DNA of 64,000 bases from the human T2T-CHM13v2.0 reference genome, Homo sapiens. A program made the position numbers and the translations under genes. Location of the stretch: NCBI RefSeq assembly GCF_009914755.1, contig NC_060925.1; one strand, 5' to 3'. Positions 22,554-35,786 of the stretch are shown here, piece after piece (position 1 is the first letter of the stretch; each line of letters opens with the position of its first letter). The notes under the pieces are model-generated. The model saw only the letters and a list, made by a program, of their open reading frames with translations. It ran no database searches and had not been told where the DNA came from.

Positions 22554-25059
22554 CTTAAAAAAGAGGGCACAAATTGTTACCCTATGACAATTGATTTAAA
22601 TAATAAACACATCATGCCCAAATCTCCAGACAACAAAAAACATCTAATCAACAATGGCTGCCTACCCATCTAATAAATTACTAGTCTTTAGAAAGCATAT
22701 TAGAAATCACCACAGAAAATACAGAGAACTTAGTTGTAACGTCATATGGCTGTACTTCTAGCTCTTTTCAATTCCAAATTGCCCTACATGACTTATTTAA
22801 TTCATAGAAAGTATTGGTGGAAAACATCTCAAACTTCTGCTATAACCAAGTTTTAAAGGACTTTCCTCTACAGTTAATCGTAATTCTTCTGGGAAGGGTG
22901 GGCTCAGTAACAACCAAGCATTAAATTCCACTGTTTACCAACTGCAAATAGTCTGAAATCTTCTGATATTCTGAAATTTTGCTACTTTAAAATGTAGCAG
23001 GCCTTATTAGAGCTTGGAAAATTCCTAATTACACAGACAAACACAATAACACAATAAAGGCCATCCTTTGGCCCTGGTTTAATTGGTTTTAACACATAGG
23101 TAAAAGTCACACAGGTTCTCTGAAGTAGCCAGTAAATTTTGAAATTAAATGATTCTATTAAAAAGTAGTTGAGATTAGCAAACCACTATTCTCTCATGTC
23201 ACAACCAATGTATACAATTCAATTGGCAGGTCTCTGACATAAGCTTAAAGGAGAGACTGGAATTAAAGAAAATGAGCTAGTTTTAGGAAAAGTGAGTTGA
23301 CATATTTTGAAAAAGTCTCCCATTGAAAATTAAAGAGGTATGTGTTGATCAAGAGTAATACAATCTAACTGGTCACATACTCCAGAGCAGTATCAGTACA
23401 ATAAGGCCGGTGATTTCCAGACTTAGGGACTTCATTCATCAGCAAAATATTAAATAGATTTATAATAAAAATATTTTATAAAAATTAGGACTTGTAACTT
23501 AAAATTTGCCTATCATATTTAAAAAAATATTTTTAAAATTTCACTTTCTGAAAAAAACCCACACTAATATAGCAACTTTTCTTCATTATACTTTGTACTA
23601 GTGAAAACTTCAAAATACTTGGAAGTTAATAAAAATATTTTTAAACATACGTGGGATCTAAATTGGAAATAATTTACATAGGAAAAAACTGAAAAGTAAT
23701 ATGACAAATATGGAAAGCTCAAAAATATAGTAAAATTAGAAAGTGAACTATAACTCTAGTAGTTAATTTTTCAAAAGTATGTAAATAAAATTATTTTAAG
23801 AGGCAGCAAAATAGTCTGCTGACAACAAAGACATTGGTAAGGTATGTTCTATGAACCCATACAATATAAATCTAGCTCATTAACTCTGTATAAATGGAAA
23901 ATACACTAGCTCCCTATCGTGAAAAAACTGAAGCATACCATTTTCACTGAATACCTGAGATAGTGGAATCAATGGAATGATATGTATGTTTCCGTCATTC
24001 TACTAATTTCAAGCACTTCAGATAATGCTGTATAAATTGGTTTTATTTCCACTCTTGCCGCCACCTCTCCTAATTACTTCTCCACAAACAGAAAGAAGAG
24101 TGTTTAATCCATTACTCAGGTAACTCATCTTTCACTTCTTAGCTTAAGCATAGCTTTCCTAAAGAGGACTTCATTAATCTTTGGTGCTGTAAGACTCTTT
24201 TGCTCACCTAGGTATCCCCAGCACCTTGCACAGTGGCCTATAAATGTCTTCAAGGAATGAATACAGAAAACACAATTCTGGAATCATCTAATGAATTTGA
24301 ATTTCTATGGAAAGCTTTAGAAAGCAACCAAGAATTTCCGTAGATTTTAGTAAGTCTTACAATGAATATATTTTCAAATTTGTCTCACAGTATAATGTAA
24401 AAAGCTGAGCAAGGGCCAAGAAAGAATCAAACACAGGTTTAAAATGAATGTTTGGATCAAGATTGTGACAATGGAAAAAAAGCGGGAAAGGGGGATGAAT
24501 ATAACATGTACTTCAAAGGAAGAACTAAGGCACTAACAGGAAAACTCTGTGATTCTACACCCTGAACAATTAATTCAACTCCTGAGAACATATTCTAAGG
24601 AAAGAATCCAAAAGAATAAAAATCACAATGTACTAAGTTTGTTTTTATGCCATTATCTTTAATGGTTTTTTTTTTAAAAAAAAGCTGACAAAAACAAAAA
24701 TAATCCTAAATCCTGAAACAGAGAAGTAAATTACTGAACAATTTGATGGAATTATGCAGGATAAGCCAGCAATCTTTCAGAGGTAGTGAATCACATTCTC
24801 TTTTATTCATATCCTGTCTCATGCTTAGGAAATGCTCCCCAAACCCTGCACTGCTTTATTACAAATAGCCAAAAGAAAGCGGAAAGCAACAGAGTAAGTT
24901 ATTTCACACCTTCAACTGTTACCAGCAAAGACAAATACTTGTAGCAAGGGAAGTGAGAAAGGTTCAAGACACCAGAATGACTGAAAAATGACAATAAGAA
25001 AAGTGAGAAGTTATCAAATAAAATTTGCTTACTTCTCTGTTAAACTATAGTTCTTGTGA

Positions 25060-25660
25060 TAATGAAACTATAAAGGAGTCAGGAAATAGGTCAAAGTTTT
25101 TTTAAGTTTTGAAACTGTTAAAAAGATTTTAGACTTTATCCTAAAAGCAATCAAAATGGGTTTTTTAAAAAAGGATTTTAAATTTGGAAATAAAAACATG
25201 TAGAAACCAGCTAGGTGGCTATTTTTCCACAAAACATAGTAATTCTTTGCCTAGGGTGGTAATGGAAAAGAATTTTTGGGGTATGGGAGATATCAAGAAA
25301 GGGCTATTTAGGCTAAGAAGGACATCTAGATTTCCAGCTTATGTAATAAATGTATGGTGAGTGGTACTAATCATGAGAAAGAGATCATTGGAAGAGGGTC
25401 AGGTCCCAGGGGTAAAATCACAAATTCAGTTTGAATATAATGAGTTTGACATTTGCATGGCAATGTTGAATAGGCAGCTGGATATATGGGTCAAAGAAGT
25501 CTGAGCTGGAGACATAAACTTGGGTTATCATGGCAAAGTTACTTAAACTTTGGGCTTAGAAGAAAACACCATGAAAATAGAGGAAAGAAAGAGGGCCAGG
25601 GATGGCTGCGAAGAATCCCAACATCAGTGGCCAAAAGAAGAGAAACCTGCAAAGGAGACA
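25060..25660 (+). mobile_element. L2 fragment
   Basis: aggcagctggatatatgggtc, gggctggagacataaa-like L2 motifs. Confidence 0.5.
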
Positions 25661-26801
25661 GAATAAACAATCAATCAAACGGGGGTTGGTGGGGGCGGTG
25701 AAGGAGGTACGGTGCATACCTTAGGTGAGGGAAGAAAAAAACGAGATCCTTGTCAGAAGGCCTTAACTTACCCAATCGGTGGAAAGGCAAAATCACTTCC
25801 TAAGAATAAGGCAGGATTTGAGGGTTGAAAGTGGCGGTTGGGCTGGGGAAGGGGGGATCAAGGACATTATGTTATAATGTTCTCACATATGAGAATGTAA
25901 GTTTTAAAAAAGGGGTGGGGGGGGATAAAAGTAGAATTTCTGTTGAAGTCTGGAAGAGCTAGGTCGAAAAGATTGAACAGTGGCCCTCTGATCCCTAGAA
26001 ACTAAACAGACAATGAAAACGGCCTAAAGTTAGAGAGGCAAAGAAAACAGGGAAGCAGTTCACCAAGCCTAAGTCTGACAGGGTGACTAGATATAGAAGG
26101 AATCCTTTGATCATGTGACATATAAGCAGTTGAAAGACAAAATCAGATTTTAAGTAAACAGATAATGTGGTTGGGCTAATTGGTGATAATGGAAAAACTA
26201 TATGCTATTAGGTAAACATTTTCATTTCACCAGTAACATACAAAGCCAATGATCAACTATTATTTAGGCCAATGATTATCAAACACCATCCAAAAAACCT
26301 GCAGATGTTGGAAACCCACCGCCAAATAACTTTAACAGTTCTGCATTTTGCAATCGATATTTGAAAAAGTTTTTCAGATAATCTAGCACATAGCTTAAGT
26401 TTCAGAATTACTGCCAAAGCTTTAGAAGAACACTTTAAATGGTGTGGCTTTGCCCTTTAAGTCACAGCAGGCTATCAAAAGAATTTAAAAATGGTATCAT
26501 TATATCATTACTAATAACAAACATGCAAACCAGTGAAAGGGAGAGGAGGAGAATATTTCTGAAAGTATTCTTATGTCCCTCCTTGTTAGGATAAAGGTCC
26601 CTAACACTGTTATTTTATAAATTGTGAAACAAAAGATTTGTATGTGTGTATGGGGGGAAAAAAATCCCAGTAACAAACATTCAGGGCAGAATAAACAGAA
26701 TCCTCACTTACTGTGGCTCTTACTCGAAGGTGATACAATTATCGTTTCAATATTTAGTGCTTTAAAAAAAATCATTTAGTTACAATGTGGTTTTATCATA
26801 C

Positions 26802-26884
26802 CTGTTCTTTCTTCTAATTTAGCATACTTTGGAGTATTACACATATTACACTCTGATCTTCTGGCCCAATTCACATTGCTGCAA
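26802..26884 (-). CDS. ZRANB2: ZRANB2 exon 4 (CSNVNWARRSECNMCNTPKYAKLEERT)
   Basis: ctaaag|TTGCAGC...AGAACAG|gtatga; completes ZnF2; 83 nt. Confidence 0.97.
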
Positions 26885-27155
26885 CTTTAGAAGTGAAAAA
26901 TACTAAATTAGTAGGCTATAATATAGATGAATATCAAATTTTTAGATATTTTACAATTTTAAAATAAAAACTAGGATGAAACCACTGTCAAAGAAATGTT
27001 TATTAAGTGGTAATGTAAACAAAGAAAATGTACAGTGGCCTGAAGAGTAAATGTGGGTTCCAACAACGGACTGAACCATTTAAGCAGAGAAGCAAAATTT
27101 ATATAGTATGAAAAGTGCCTCTGTCATTTTGAGAAGTAAATGACAAATTATAACC

Positions 27156-27325
27156 ACAGGTCGAGTATCACTAATCCACAAATCCAAAATCCAAAAACGT
27201 TCCAAAATCTAAAACTTTTTGAGAGAGGACATGACACTCAACAGAAACGCTCACAGGAGCATTTCAGATTTTCAGATTAGGGATGCTGAACCCACAAACA
27301 TTTCAGGTAAGTGATACTGAACCTG
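27156..27325. mobile_element. Tigger4/Zombi-type DNA transposon fragment
   Basis: caggtcgagtatcactaatccacaaatccaaaatcc...gattagggatgctgaacc. Confidence 0.65.
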
Positions 27326-27572
27326 TATAGAAATTCTGATGTCTTATGAAAAAATATAACTTTAAATTAACAGCTCCACTAATTTCTCAGTCTCTGAATA
27401 TACCTTAAAGAGTATGGTTATACCCTATAAATAATATTAATTTATTTTTTTGAGGTCTCAGTTCAAGCACTGAATTCCAAAGCATACCAAATCCAGTGAC
27501 CAAATCTGTAGCTGGAAACTTTTCCAATACAAATTTATAATCCTGAGGATCAGAAATTTATTTAAGACTCTA

Positions 27573-27890
<318 letters not shown>

Positions 27891-28463
27891 GAGAAATTTA
27901 TTTAATACTTTTTTGATTTAGACCTCTTTCATACACATAGGATTCATCTGCATAGAGAAAAGATGGAAGTTGGAAAAATCAATGAAGAATTAAATCTAAG
28001 CCTGAAAATAAAAATCATTAAGAAACCTACCTATAATTAGACTTAATTACTTACGGCACACAACTTATGAATCTAACATTATTTTGTAAACAGGCAAAAT
28101 GAGTTTTGTGGTGTATTTCACACTAACTATACAGTCTAAAAATTGGGATTTTTCAATAAAGGAAGTAATAGGCCTTAGTACTTTTAAGTACCACCACCCC
28201 CCGATTGGTTTTGAGCTTACCATAAGCATTTGTTTACTGGTATACATAATCCATCATAGTGACAACTATTACCATTAAAAAATGCAAAGAATAATTTAAA
28301 ACTTCTTTATACTATACTTAAAGATGAGACTGAATAACAATACCTTGGATTTAAAAGGTTACCCTGGCTTGTCAATGTCACTAATAAGAGCTGTAATATA
28401 AACAAGTAGTGGCCAGATCTATTATTTTGGAAGAAAGAGCAGACAATAATTTAAAAAACATAC

Positions 28464-28572
28464 GTTTTACATTGCCAGTCATTAGCACTAAATAGGCCTC
28501 GGCTCTTTTCTGCAAGTGTCTTTCCTATTTCAGTGCCCCCAGCTTTCATCATCTTGGCCTCAGTTGTTTTCT
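28464..28572 (-). CDS. ZRANB2: ZRANB2 exon 3 (EKTTEAKMMKAGGTEIGKTLAEKSRGLFSANDWQCKT)
   Basis: ttttcag|AGAAAAC...TGTAAAAC|gtatgt; 109 nt, phase consistent. Confidence 0.97.
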
Positions 28573-28662
28573 CTGAAAACAGAAAAATCATGCAATATGA
28601 ACCTGGAGAAATAAATAAATGATACATATACAGTATAAATAGAATCTTCTTTAAATACTTAC

Positions 28663-28715
28663 CCCGACCACATCGATTACAGCTGGTTCTTCTAGCAAAG
28701 TTTACATTTCCACAT
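28663..28715 (-). CDS. ZRANB2: ZRANB2 exon 2 (CGNVNFARRTSCNRCGR)
   Basis: ttttag|ATGTGGAAATGTAAAC...GGTCGGG|gtaagt; completes ZnF1; 53 nt, phase consistent. Confidence 0.97.
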
Positions 28716-30946
28716 CTAAAAACAGATTAAAAAGCATTTATAAAAATTTAAATTTGTAAAATTTTACATTTTAACTTGTCCTCACTACATATCTGGAATT
28801 CATAACTTCTAATCCATCTTAGTCATGTTAATGTCAATGTTACCAACAAAAAACTCCACACAATTTACTGGGGGAAAAATACTTGATTGGAGCCACAAAT
28901 TCAGAATAAGATATCCCAATCCTCCATTTACCAGTCATGTGATCTTGATTAAGTTACTTAGGATCTCTGCCTCAAGTCCTCACATTAGCACATATCATTA
29001 GTTATAATCCCTTTACAAAGTTGAAAGTGAGAGTTAACTCCACTTCACTAATTACTTACAAGCTACCAGGGAGTTTTAAACCCTAGCGGTGGACCAATGA
29101 GGAAAAAAACTTATAAATCAAGGAGGGCTTCATGGATCTTAATGAAATTATCTTTTTACATGCAGTAGGTAGGATGCTAAGGAACCAAATATGATAGGTT
29201 GTACTGACTAAAAATACAAAAAGATTCAATAATTGTAAGAAAACTGAGTTTTACAGGGCATTTCTCAAACCTCTGAGACTTCGCTGAAAAAAATGACACA
29301 ACCACCAAAATCAATAATCTCAACACATGTAGTACAGTAAGACTTTATGCTTATACTCAACAAACTCAAACCTAAAGAATTACTGGTTCACTCACATGAC
29401 CTTAGAAGTGTACGTGTATATTGGTAAAAGTATGTTAAATGCTCTGGATAACATGGAATGCTTAAACTTTAAAAAGCTGATTTTTAAGGCATTATACTAG
29501 AATACAATACAGATGTGAAGTATGGGATGACACTAAAGTGAAACACTCTAAATAATATTTAGGTTAAGTTTTTCCCCTAAAAATATTCCTTTTAACTCCA
29601 TTAAGCATGGAAAATATACTCTGAAAATTTATCCTGCATTTAAACATATTGTACAAACAACATTCTATTCATATATTTGTAAATGAGTTGAAATGAACTC
29701 TCATTGAGAGTCCTACCTCTGGGTGTGCTGTCATTAAAGACACTGACAAAAGCACATTATTTTACAGGTAACAACAAAGTCAGAAGTTGTTGTTCTAAAT
29801 CTTTTGAACGTTTTCAATAATGTCTTACCACTCAGAGCAATACTATCCATAACATATAACTTTGGTTCTATTCAGTATCATTTGTTAGGCTTGAACTACT
29901 CCTTCAGGTCATCTTAATATCAAATTACTATCAATAGCCACCAATTAGAATTTGCTACACGTCACTGTTTACACACCCTATCCATGTTATTTCATGTTTT
30001 CATTAAAAAAAAAATTCTATTCCTTTTTTAGCAGTTAAATAAGTAATAGAATTTTAACTAAACCCAGGTTTATTTCAAAGTTTTTGCTTTTTACAATCAA
30101 AACCTATTTGTGGCTAACTTAGGTACAACAAATAAAAGGCTTTTATGTGAACATGAGTTGTACATTAAATTATTTTCCATGTTATTTCCGAATAGATACA
30201 CCTATTTGTGCACCCTTCAAAAAAAATCTGATTAACTATCTAGTCGAGTACTGGCTTTGGCAACAATGTCAAAAAGCAGAGCCACTAACACACGTGCTTC
30301 TCTGCTGCAGGCATCTTAAGGGCTGAGTAGGCAAAAACACAGGCCTCTTCCCTCCTTTTCGGCTCTAAGGAGGCGAAAAGCCCAATTCTTGTGGAGAAAT
30401 GATCCACAAAGAAAATGTCAGAATTTCCCAAACCGAAGAGGGTAGAGCTTCCGGAAAAGGGGAAAATAGTATGGAGGAAAAGTTTGAGTAAAAATACAAA
30501 ACAAGGTGAACTATAAGAGGCAAAAGGACGAGTGCGAGAAAGCAATATTTTCCGTGAACAAGAGTAAAGTTCTGCAGAGAAAAGTCACGTGGGGGAGATC
30601 CAACACCAAGCTGGCCTGACTGGAGAGGTTTCCTATCGCTAAAACCTGGCCGGGGCGGGGGAGGGGGGTGGGGGCAAAAAGGTAGGCCATCTCGCACTCT
30701 AAAAAGAGAGGCTACCTTGCGGAGGTAATGTCGAGGAAACGCTGAAGACATATCTAGAACAAAGGCTCCCGGAAAGACCTCTCTCGTGAGGAGATTGGGA
30801 GCCTTCTTCCCGCCAGGGAACTGGCGGTTCGCCGCCTCAACCCGTCTTAAGGCACAGAAAATCATAAAAAAGGAAAATGCCGGACGGACCTCGGAAAGCT
30901 TCCACTAACAAACTCCGTCCCAATTCAGGACCCTTCTTGAACTCAC

Positions 30947-31002
30947 TTTTTGTCAGGGCAAATCCAGTCCCCGTCACTGACTCGGAAATTCTTGGTCGAC
31001 AT
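30947..31002 (-). CDS. ZRANB2: ZRANB2 coding exon 1 (MSTKNFRVSDGDWICPDKK)
   Basis: Reverse complement reads ATG TCG ACC AAG AAT TTC CGA GTC AGT GAC GGG GAC TGG ATT TGC CCT GAC AAA AA|gtgagt; start of RanBP2-type zinc finger 1; 56 nt. Confidence 0.97.
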
Positions 31003-31324
31003 CTTGAACGCCACCAGCACAGCCACCCGCAGCTATGTCTTCACAGGAGGAAAACGGGCCGGGGACTTTCGGCAACTCGGGGCTGTCCCCACACTGCCTG
31101 ACTCGCGCCTACTACTGTGTCAGGGTTTGATAATGAGGGAACTAGCCAGGAATTCAGCTTGTACGTTGTTGTCCAGACTAAGATGCCTGTGCTACTGTTT
31201 GTTAGATGGAAAAGTTAAAATACAAATATCTTTTCTAGAACTAAACTCACAGGCGCCATAAGGACAACCCAGGCAGGAGGCCTTCGTGGCACTAGAAGCC
31301 TCGGAGAGCCCCCTACAGGTGGGA

Positions 31325-31420
31325 GGACCCAAGAGTAAAGTACTTCCGCTTCCTTAGGTGGAGCTGGAAAGGTGGAGGCGGAAGTGACTGATCAATTCAG
31401 GGGCGTGGGGTTCGTTTAGG
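31325..31420 (+). ncRNA. ZRANB2-DT: Probable first exon of divergent lncRNA (ZRANB2-DT / ZRANB2-AS2); start approximate
   Basis: Plus-strand donor TTAGG|gtaaga at 31420/31421 just beyond the promoter; recalled existence of a divergent transcript. Confidence 0.55.
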
Positions 31421-31724
31421 GTAAGAGGCGGCTCGGGCTCTTCAAGTGTTTAGAGAAATTATTTTAATAAGGCATAAAAATTCTGTTATTTCATACACAT
31501 GGGATGTCGTTTGGAAACCTATTTTTATATATACATAAATAGGTGTAACAGATAAGTAAGCAACTTATACATGGGAACCAGCTGGTAATTTTAAAACTGA
31601 GACATTGTCAACACTGTTTAAATTACCAGTGTCTTTTCTGATACCATCCCATTACTTTCTTCCACAGATAACACTTTCCCATATTTGGGATTTATTCTTT
31701 TGCTTTTTAAAAATTTATGTACGT

Positions 31725-32109
31725 TGTTAGTCCAAACTGCACCATTTTTGTAAGCCCCCCTGCCATTTTGCAGACCTTAGTCAAAGTGAAACATTCCACG
31801 GGGTTCGGGCGTGAGAAACAGGCTGCCTCTTATACTCTGCTGGGAGAAAGTACCACATTCCACTGGAACAAGGGCCAGAGCTGCCTCGTCCTGGGAACAC
31901 CTTATCAACATGTTCCCAGGAAGCAGGCCATGGCCCCCCAGACCACTCCCACCCAGGCCTATAAATCACCCCAGCCTGTAAGAAGCAACGGGCACTGGCA
32001 TTAAGCTGGTCTCCCACCTCTGTAGGTCTTATGCTGGACATAAATCCTGTATTTGTTGTTAAGCCACCCTCTCTTTCTTTAATCCTTGCCTTCCCTTCAA
32101 AACCTAACA
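31725..32109 (+). mobile_element. Solo ERV1 LTR (MER61-like)
   Basis: TG...CA ends (tgttagtcc...aaaacctaaca), TATAAA 31960-31965, degenerate TSD tacgt/tacat. Confidence 0.7.
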
Positions 32110-32395
32110 TACATGTATGTTTAATTTTATGAGCTGTGTAAGCATAGTTGATTCTGTACTCTTTTTTTGTTCATTATGCTTCTAAATTAATCCTAGGTAG
32201 TTGCATGTAGAAGTGTATAGGTGTAATTCTTTTATTTGCACTGATGTATACTGATACTATTCCGTTTTGTGGTTTTGTGACAGTTTATTCCTTCTGTTTC
32301 TCAGGCTTGGTATTACAAACAACACCAGTATGAGCATTCTTATGCATAGATTCTGGTATATAAATGCATTAATTTTTTTTAGAATACAGCATATA

Positions 32396-32729
32396 CAGTC
32401 ATGCCTCACTTAATGATAGGGATATGTTCTGAGAAATGCCACTTTCGGCAATTGTGCTGTTGTGTGAACATCATAGAATGTGCTTACACAGGCCTAGCAG
32501 GTATAGCCTACTACACACCTAGGCTATATGGTATAGCCTATTGCTCCTAGACTACAAACCTGCATTTAGTACATCTTATTGTACTAAATACTGTAGGCAG
32601 TTGTAACGCAGTGGTATTTGTGTATCTAAATATAAAGGTACAGTAAAAATATGGTATTGTAATCTTATGGGACCACCTTTGTATATGTGGTTCATCATTG
32701 ACTGAAATGTCTTTATGCAAGTATGATTA
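32396..32729 (+). mobile_element. Tigger3a/MER7-like DNA transposon
   Basis: cagtcatgcctcacttaatgatagggatatgttctgagaaatg...atcttatgggaccacc. Confidence 0.8.
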
Positions 32730-33514
32730 TGTTTAGGAGAGAAATTGTTCAACTACTCTCTAGTTATGATTGTTGCTTTAAAATCTGTATTATAACATTT
32801 TGGTCATCTAGGAGTTAGCAGGTGTTGATTATATTTTCCCTTGCAAGTTGGTCACATTTTTCCAGTTCTTTTATACTGTGTAATTGTGGATTTTATCTAG
32901 GACATTTTGAACATTATGTTGCATAGACTGAGTCCTGTTAAAAGCCTTTAGGGAATGTTGATTTTTTTTTGTTTTAGAAGGCAATCGATCCAATTTGGTT
33001 CAGGTCAAAAGTTCGGTCTCATCTTCTATGAGTACTGGTTCCATGTCAGCTGGGTTTTCAAAGGCTTTGCTGTGTCCTATACCTACAATACTCAGGGATT
33101 ATTTGGGGATGTTAGCAGTAGTTTAAATTGAAATTCAGTTTTGCTATGCTATTTTGTGTTTGTTCTGCACGTGTTCAGTTTAGGTGTGAACACAGAACTT
33201 GTATAGGTTCATACATAGAATTAGGGGATCCTCTTCTCTAGCTCTCTCCTCTTACATTCTTCTCCTTTTGTCTCGCAAGGTCCCCTCACCAGAAATATGA
33301 GGTTCCTCTTGGAGTTTTAGCAGCCTGGCATAGCAGCTGACTAGGGCAGATTCTGAGACAAAGCAGTGACAGAAAAGAGAGAGAAAAAATGTGGATTCCC
33401 TCTACACTCTTCAGACCACAAAGGCCTCCTTTTCTACTTCCTTTGTCCATAAAAACAGAGCTTCTGTTAGTATTGTAGATATCCAAGCCTAGGGCCTCAC
33501 TCTTGGGCCAATGC

Positions 33515-33516
<2 letters not shown>

Positions 33517-33547
<31 letters not shown>
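33517..33547. repeat. (AG)n microsatellite
   Basis: Direct reading. Confidence 0.95.
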
Positions 33548-33550
<3 letters not shown>

Positions 33551-33914
33551 TAAAAAAAAGAAAGAAAAACCAGAAGAGGGGGAGCTAAGTATTCCCCCGA
33601 CTAACTTTTGGCTCACAAAAGCCCCCTATCCCCATTCTGGCAAGACATACAGGTTTCTGTCGGTTTTTCCTGTCACCACAGTTTCACTAGGTGTTGGGCC
33701 TTAGGTCAAAAGCTGTGAGAAAAGAGGAAAAGCAAACATACAGAACATTTCTCCAGGTTTTCATTCTCCACTCCAATTTACCTGTTTTTGTTTTTGTTTT
33801 TCCAGAGTCTTCAGGCAGTTGCTTTTGGTATTTTGTCTTGAGTTTCTCACTGTAATCATTAGGAAAGATAGGTTATTGTGGGCTTTCTATGTCTTGGTTG
33901 GTACTGCAAGTCAG

Positions 33915-34500
33915 GGGAATGCAAATTAAAACCATATGATACCATTATGCATTCATCAAACTGACTAAAATGAAAAATCAGAGAATACTAAGTGTTGGAA
34001 AGCATGTAGAGCAACTGTAATTCTCATACATTGCAAAAAGTAATTGATACATCTACTTTGGAAAATGTCGGAATATATTAAATCTGAACATTTTCGTACA
34101 CTATGACCCTGAAATTCCATTTTTAGGTATATTACCAACAGGAATGCACATAATGTTCACTGAAGATGTATATAGTAATGTTCAGAGCTGTACTATTCAA
34201 AATAGCCCAAACTGGAAGCTTCCCAATTGCTTATCAGTGGTAGCCTAGATAAATAAATTGTCATATGTTTACACAGTTGGAATGTGTAATACAGTAGCAA
34301 GAATAACAGATTACACTCAGATTATTGAACAGTATTTCACTCACAAATACAGTCTTGAATTGAAAAAAGCAAGACACAAAATGGCATATGCTATATGACT
34401 CCATTTACATGAAGTTCAAAAGCAGCCAAACTAATCTTGGATAGTGATCACCCTTGGGAGTAGAGAGGAGATAGTGACTTCATGGGGTCAATAGGAATAA
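33915..34500 (+). mobile_element. L1ME-type 3' fragment
   Basis: gaatgcaaattaaaacc...aatagcccaaactggaag...tatatgactccatttacatgaagttc. Confidence 0.75.
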
Positions 34501-35752
34501 TAGATGCCAAAGCTGGTAGATGACATGCAGTTAATGCAACAACAGTTAATCAACTGTACTAACTGTAATTAGCAAAATTTTTCTGGGAGAATTATGTGTC
34601 AAGAGAAAAATCCTCTATAGTAAGTCTAGGATAATGAACAAAATGCGTGAATACATCTGATAATGACCAGAAGAGGTTATTTGAGTTCAAGGACTTTAGC
34701 TGATTTTTCAAAGAGAAATATTCCTACAAAAGAAATTCATTTCAGCTATCCTAATTTGAAAGAAAAATTCTACCCATTCTCTTTATTCTTATTATATGCT
34801 CACCAAACAGCCCTCTGATAATTTGTCTTCTCTCCTGAGCACACTTAACCTACTGTGGTGAAATTCCCAGAGTGAATTTATCCACACAAGTTGTTCATCT
34901 GGATTAAGCTCTCTTTATAGATTGAGAAATTGGCACTCTGAAATGCATATCAGTTGTTTATGGGTCCTCTTAATATGTTGGTCCCCAGGAGATTAGCTCT
35001 GGTGGAAATGGTAAAGTTGAGTTTCTGAACCTACAAAGCTAAGAATCTGGCTCTAAATATTGCATTAGGGCTCACTCTGCTTGCAAGTAACAAAAATAAA
35101 AATAAAATGACTTAAACAACAAAAAGGGGGAGCATATTATAAAGAGAAGGTGGTGTTTGATGGAATGCCAGAGCAGGAATGCAGTTTCAGAAATATCCTA
35201 AAAGAAACTATCCTCTATTCAAGCAGCACCCTTTCTCTGTCTCTTTGCTGAATTTGTTCTGCATATGCGTTATTCTTTCCTCAGACTAGCTTTTCTGTTA
35301 CCTAGTTCAGAAGACTGAAAAAAAAAAAAAAAGCAATACTGCCCTTAGACCTGGGCAACCAGGGCTCCTAGCCTGGTCCTGCACCTGGCCTTCCTTGAGG
35401 TGCCCTAATTCCCCTCGAGTGTCTTGGACCATTCAGCAGGATGGAGCCAAAATGTAGTACTATGTGGGTCCTGGACAGTGGAAGTCCTGAGATGTTCTAT
35501 TGCTTTTGGTGGTGGGGACCAGCCAGGTCAGCAGGACCTGTTGGGTGGGACAGTCCTAAGCCTAAAGAAAATGTTATTGGCTTCTTTGTTTCTTCCCTTC
35601 AGGCCCTCCTGACCATATTGCCCTCTTAACATGCTCAGGGTCCACCAGTGCAGCAGGATCTCTGGTACTAGCACCTGTAGGGTGGCTTAGGGCCAGATGG
35701 CCCTGCCAGTTCCTGGAGAGCAACTTGGAGGGCCAAAGCTCCCACTGGCTGG

Positions 35753-35786
35753 GGCATTATTTCTTTCATGGCATTATTTCTTTCAT
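35753..35786. repeat. 17-bp tandem duplication
   Basis: ggcattatttctttcat x2. Confidence 0.95.

Larger units (their letters stand above)
30620..31445. promoter_or_regulatory. CpG-rich bidirectional promoter of ZRANB2 and divergent lncRNA; ETS/GABPA motifs (ACTTCCG 31342-31348, CGGAAGTG 31379-31386)
   Basis: High CpG density against an AT-rich background; no obvious TATA box; oppositely oriented ETS sites typical of bidirectional housekeeping promoters. Confidence 0.85.

Noticed and set aside
30365-31261. ORFs of 74-166 aa around exon 1
   Set aside because: Expected in GC-rich promoter/intron sequence; no recognisable domains; some are merely antisense to ZRANB2
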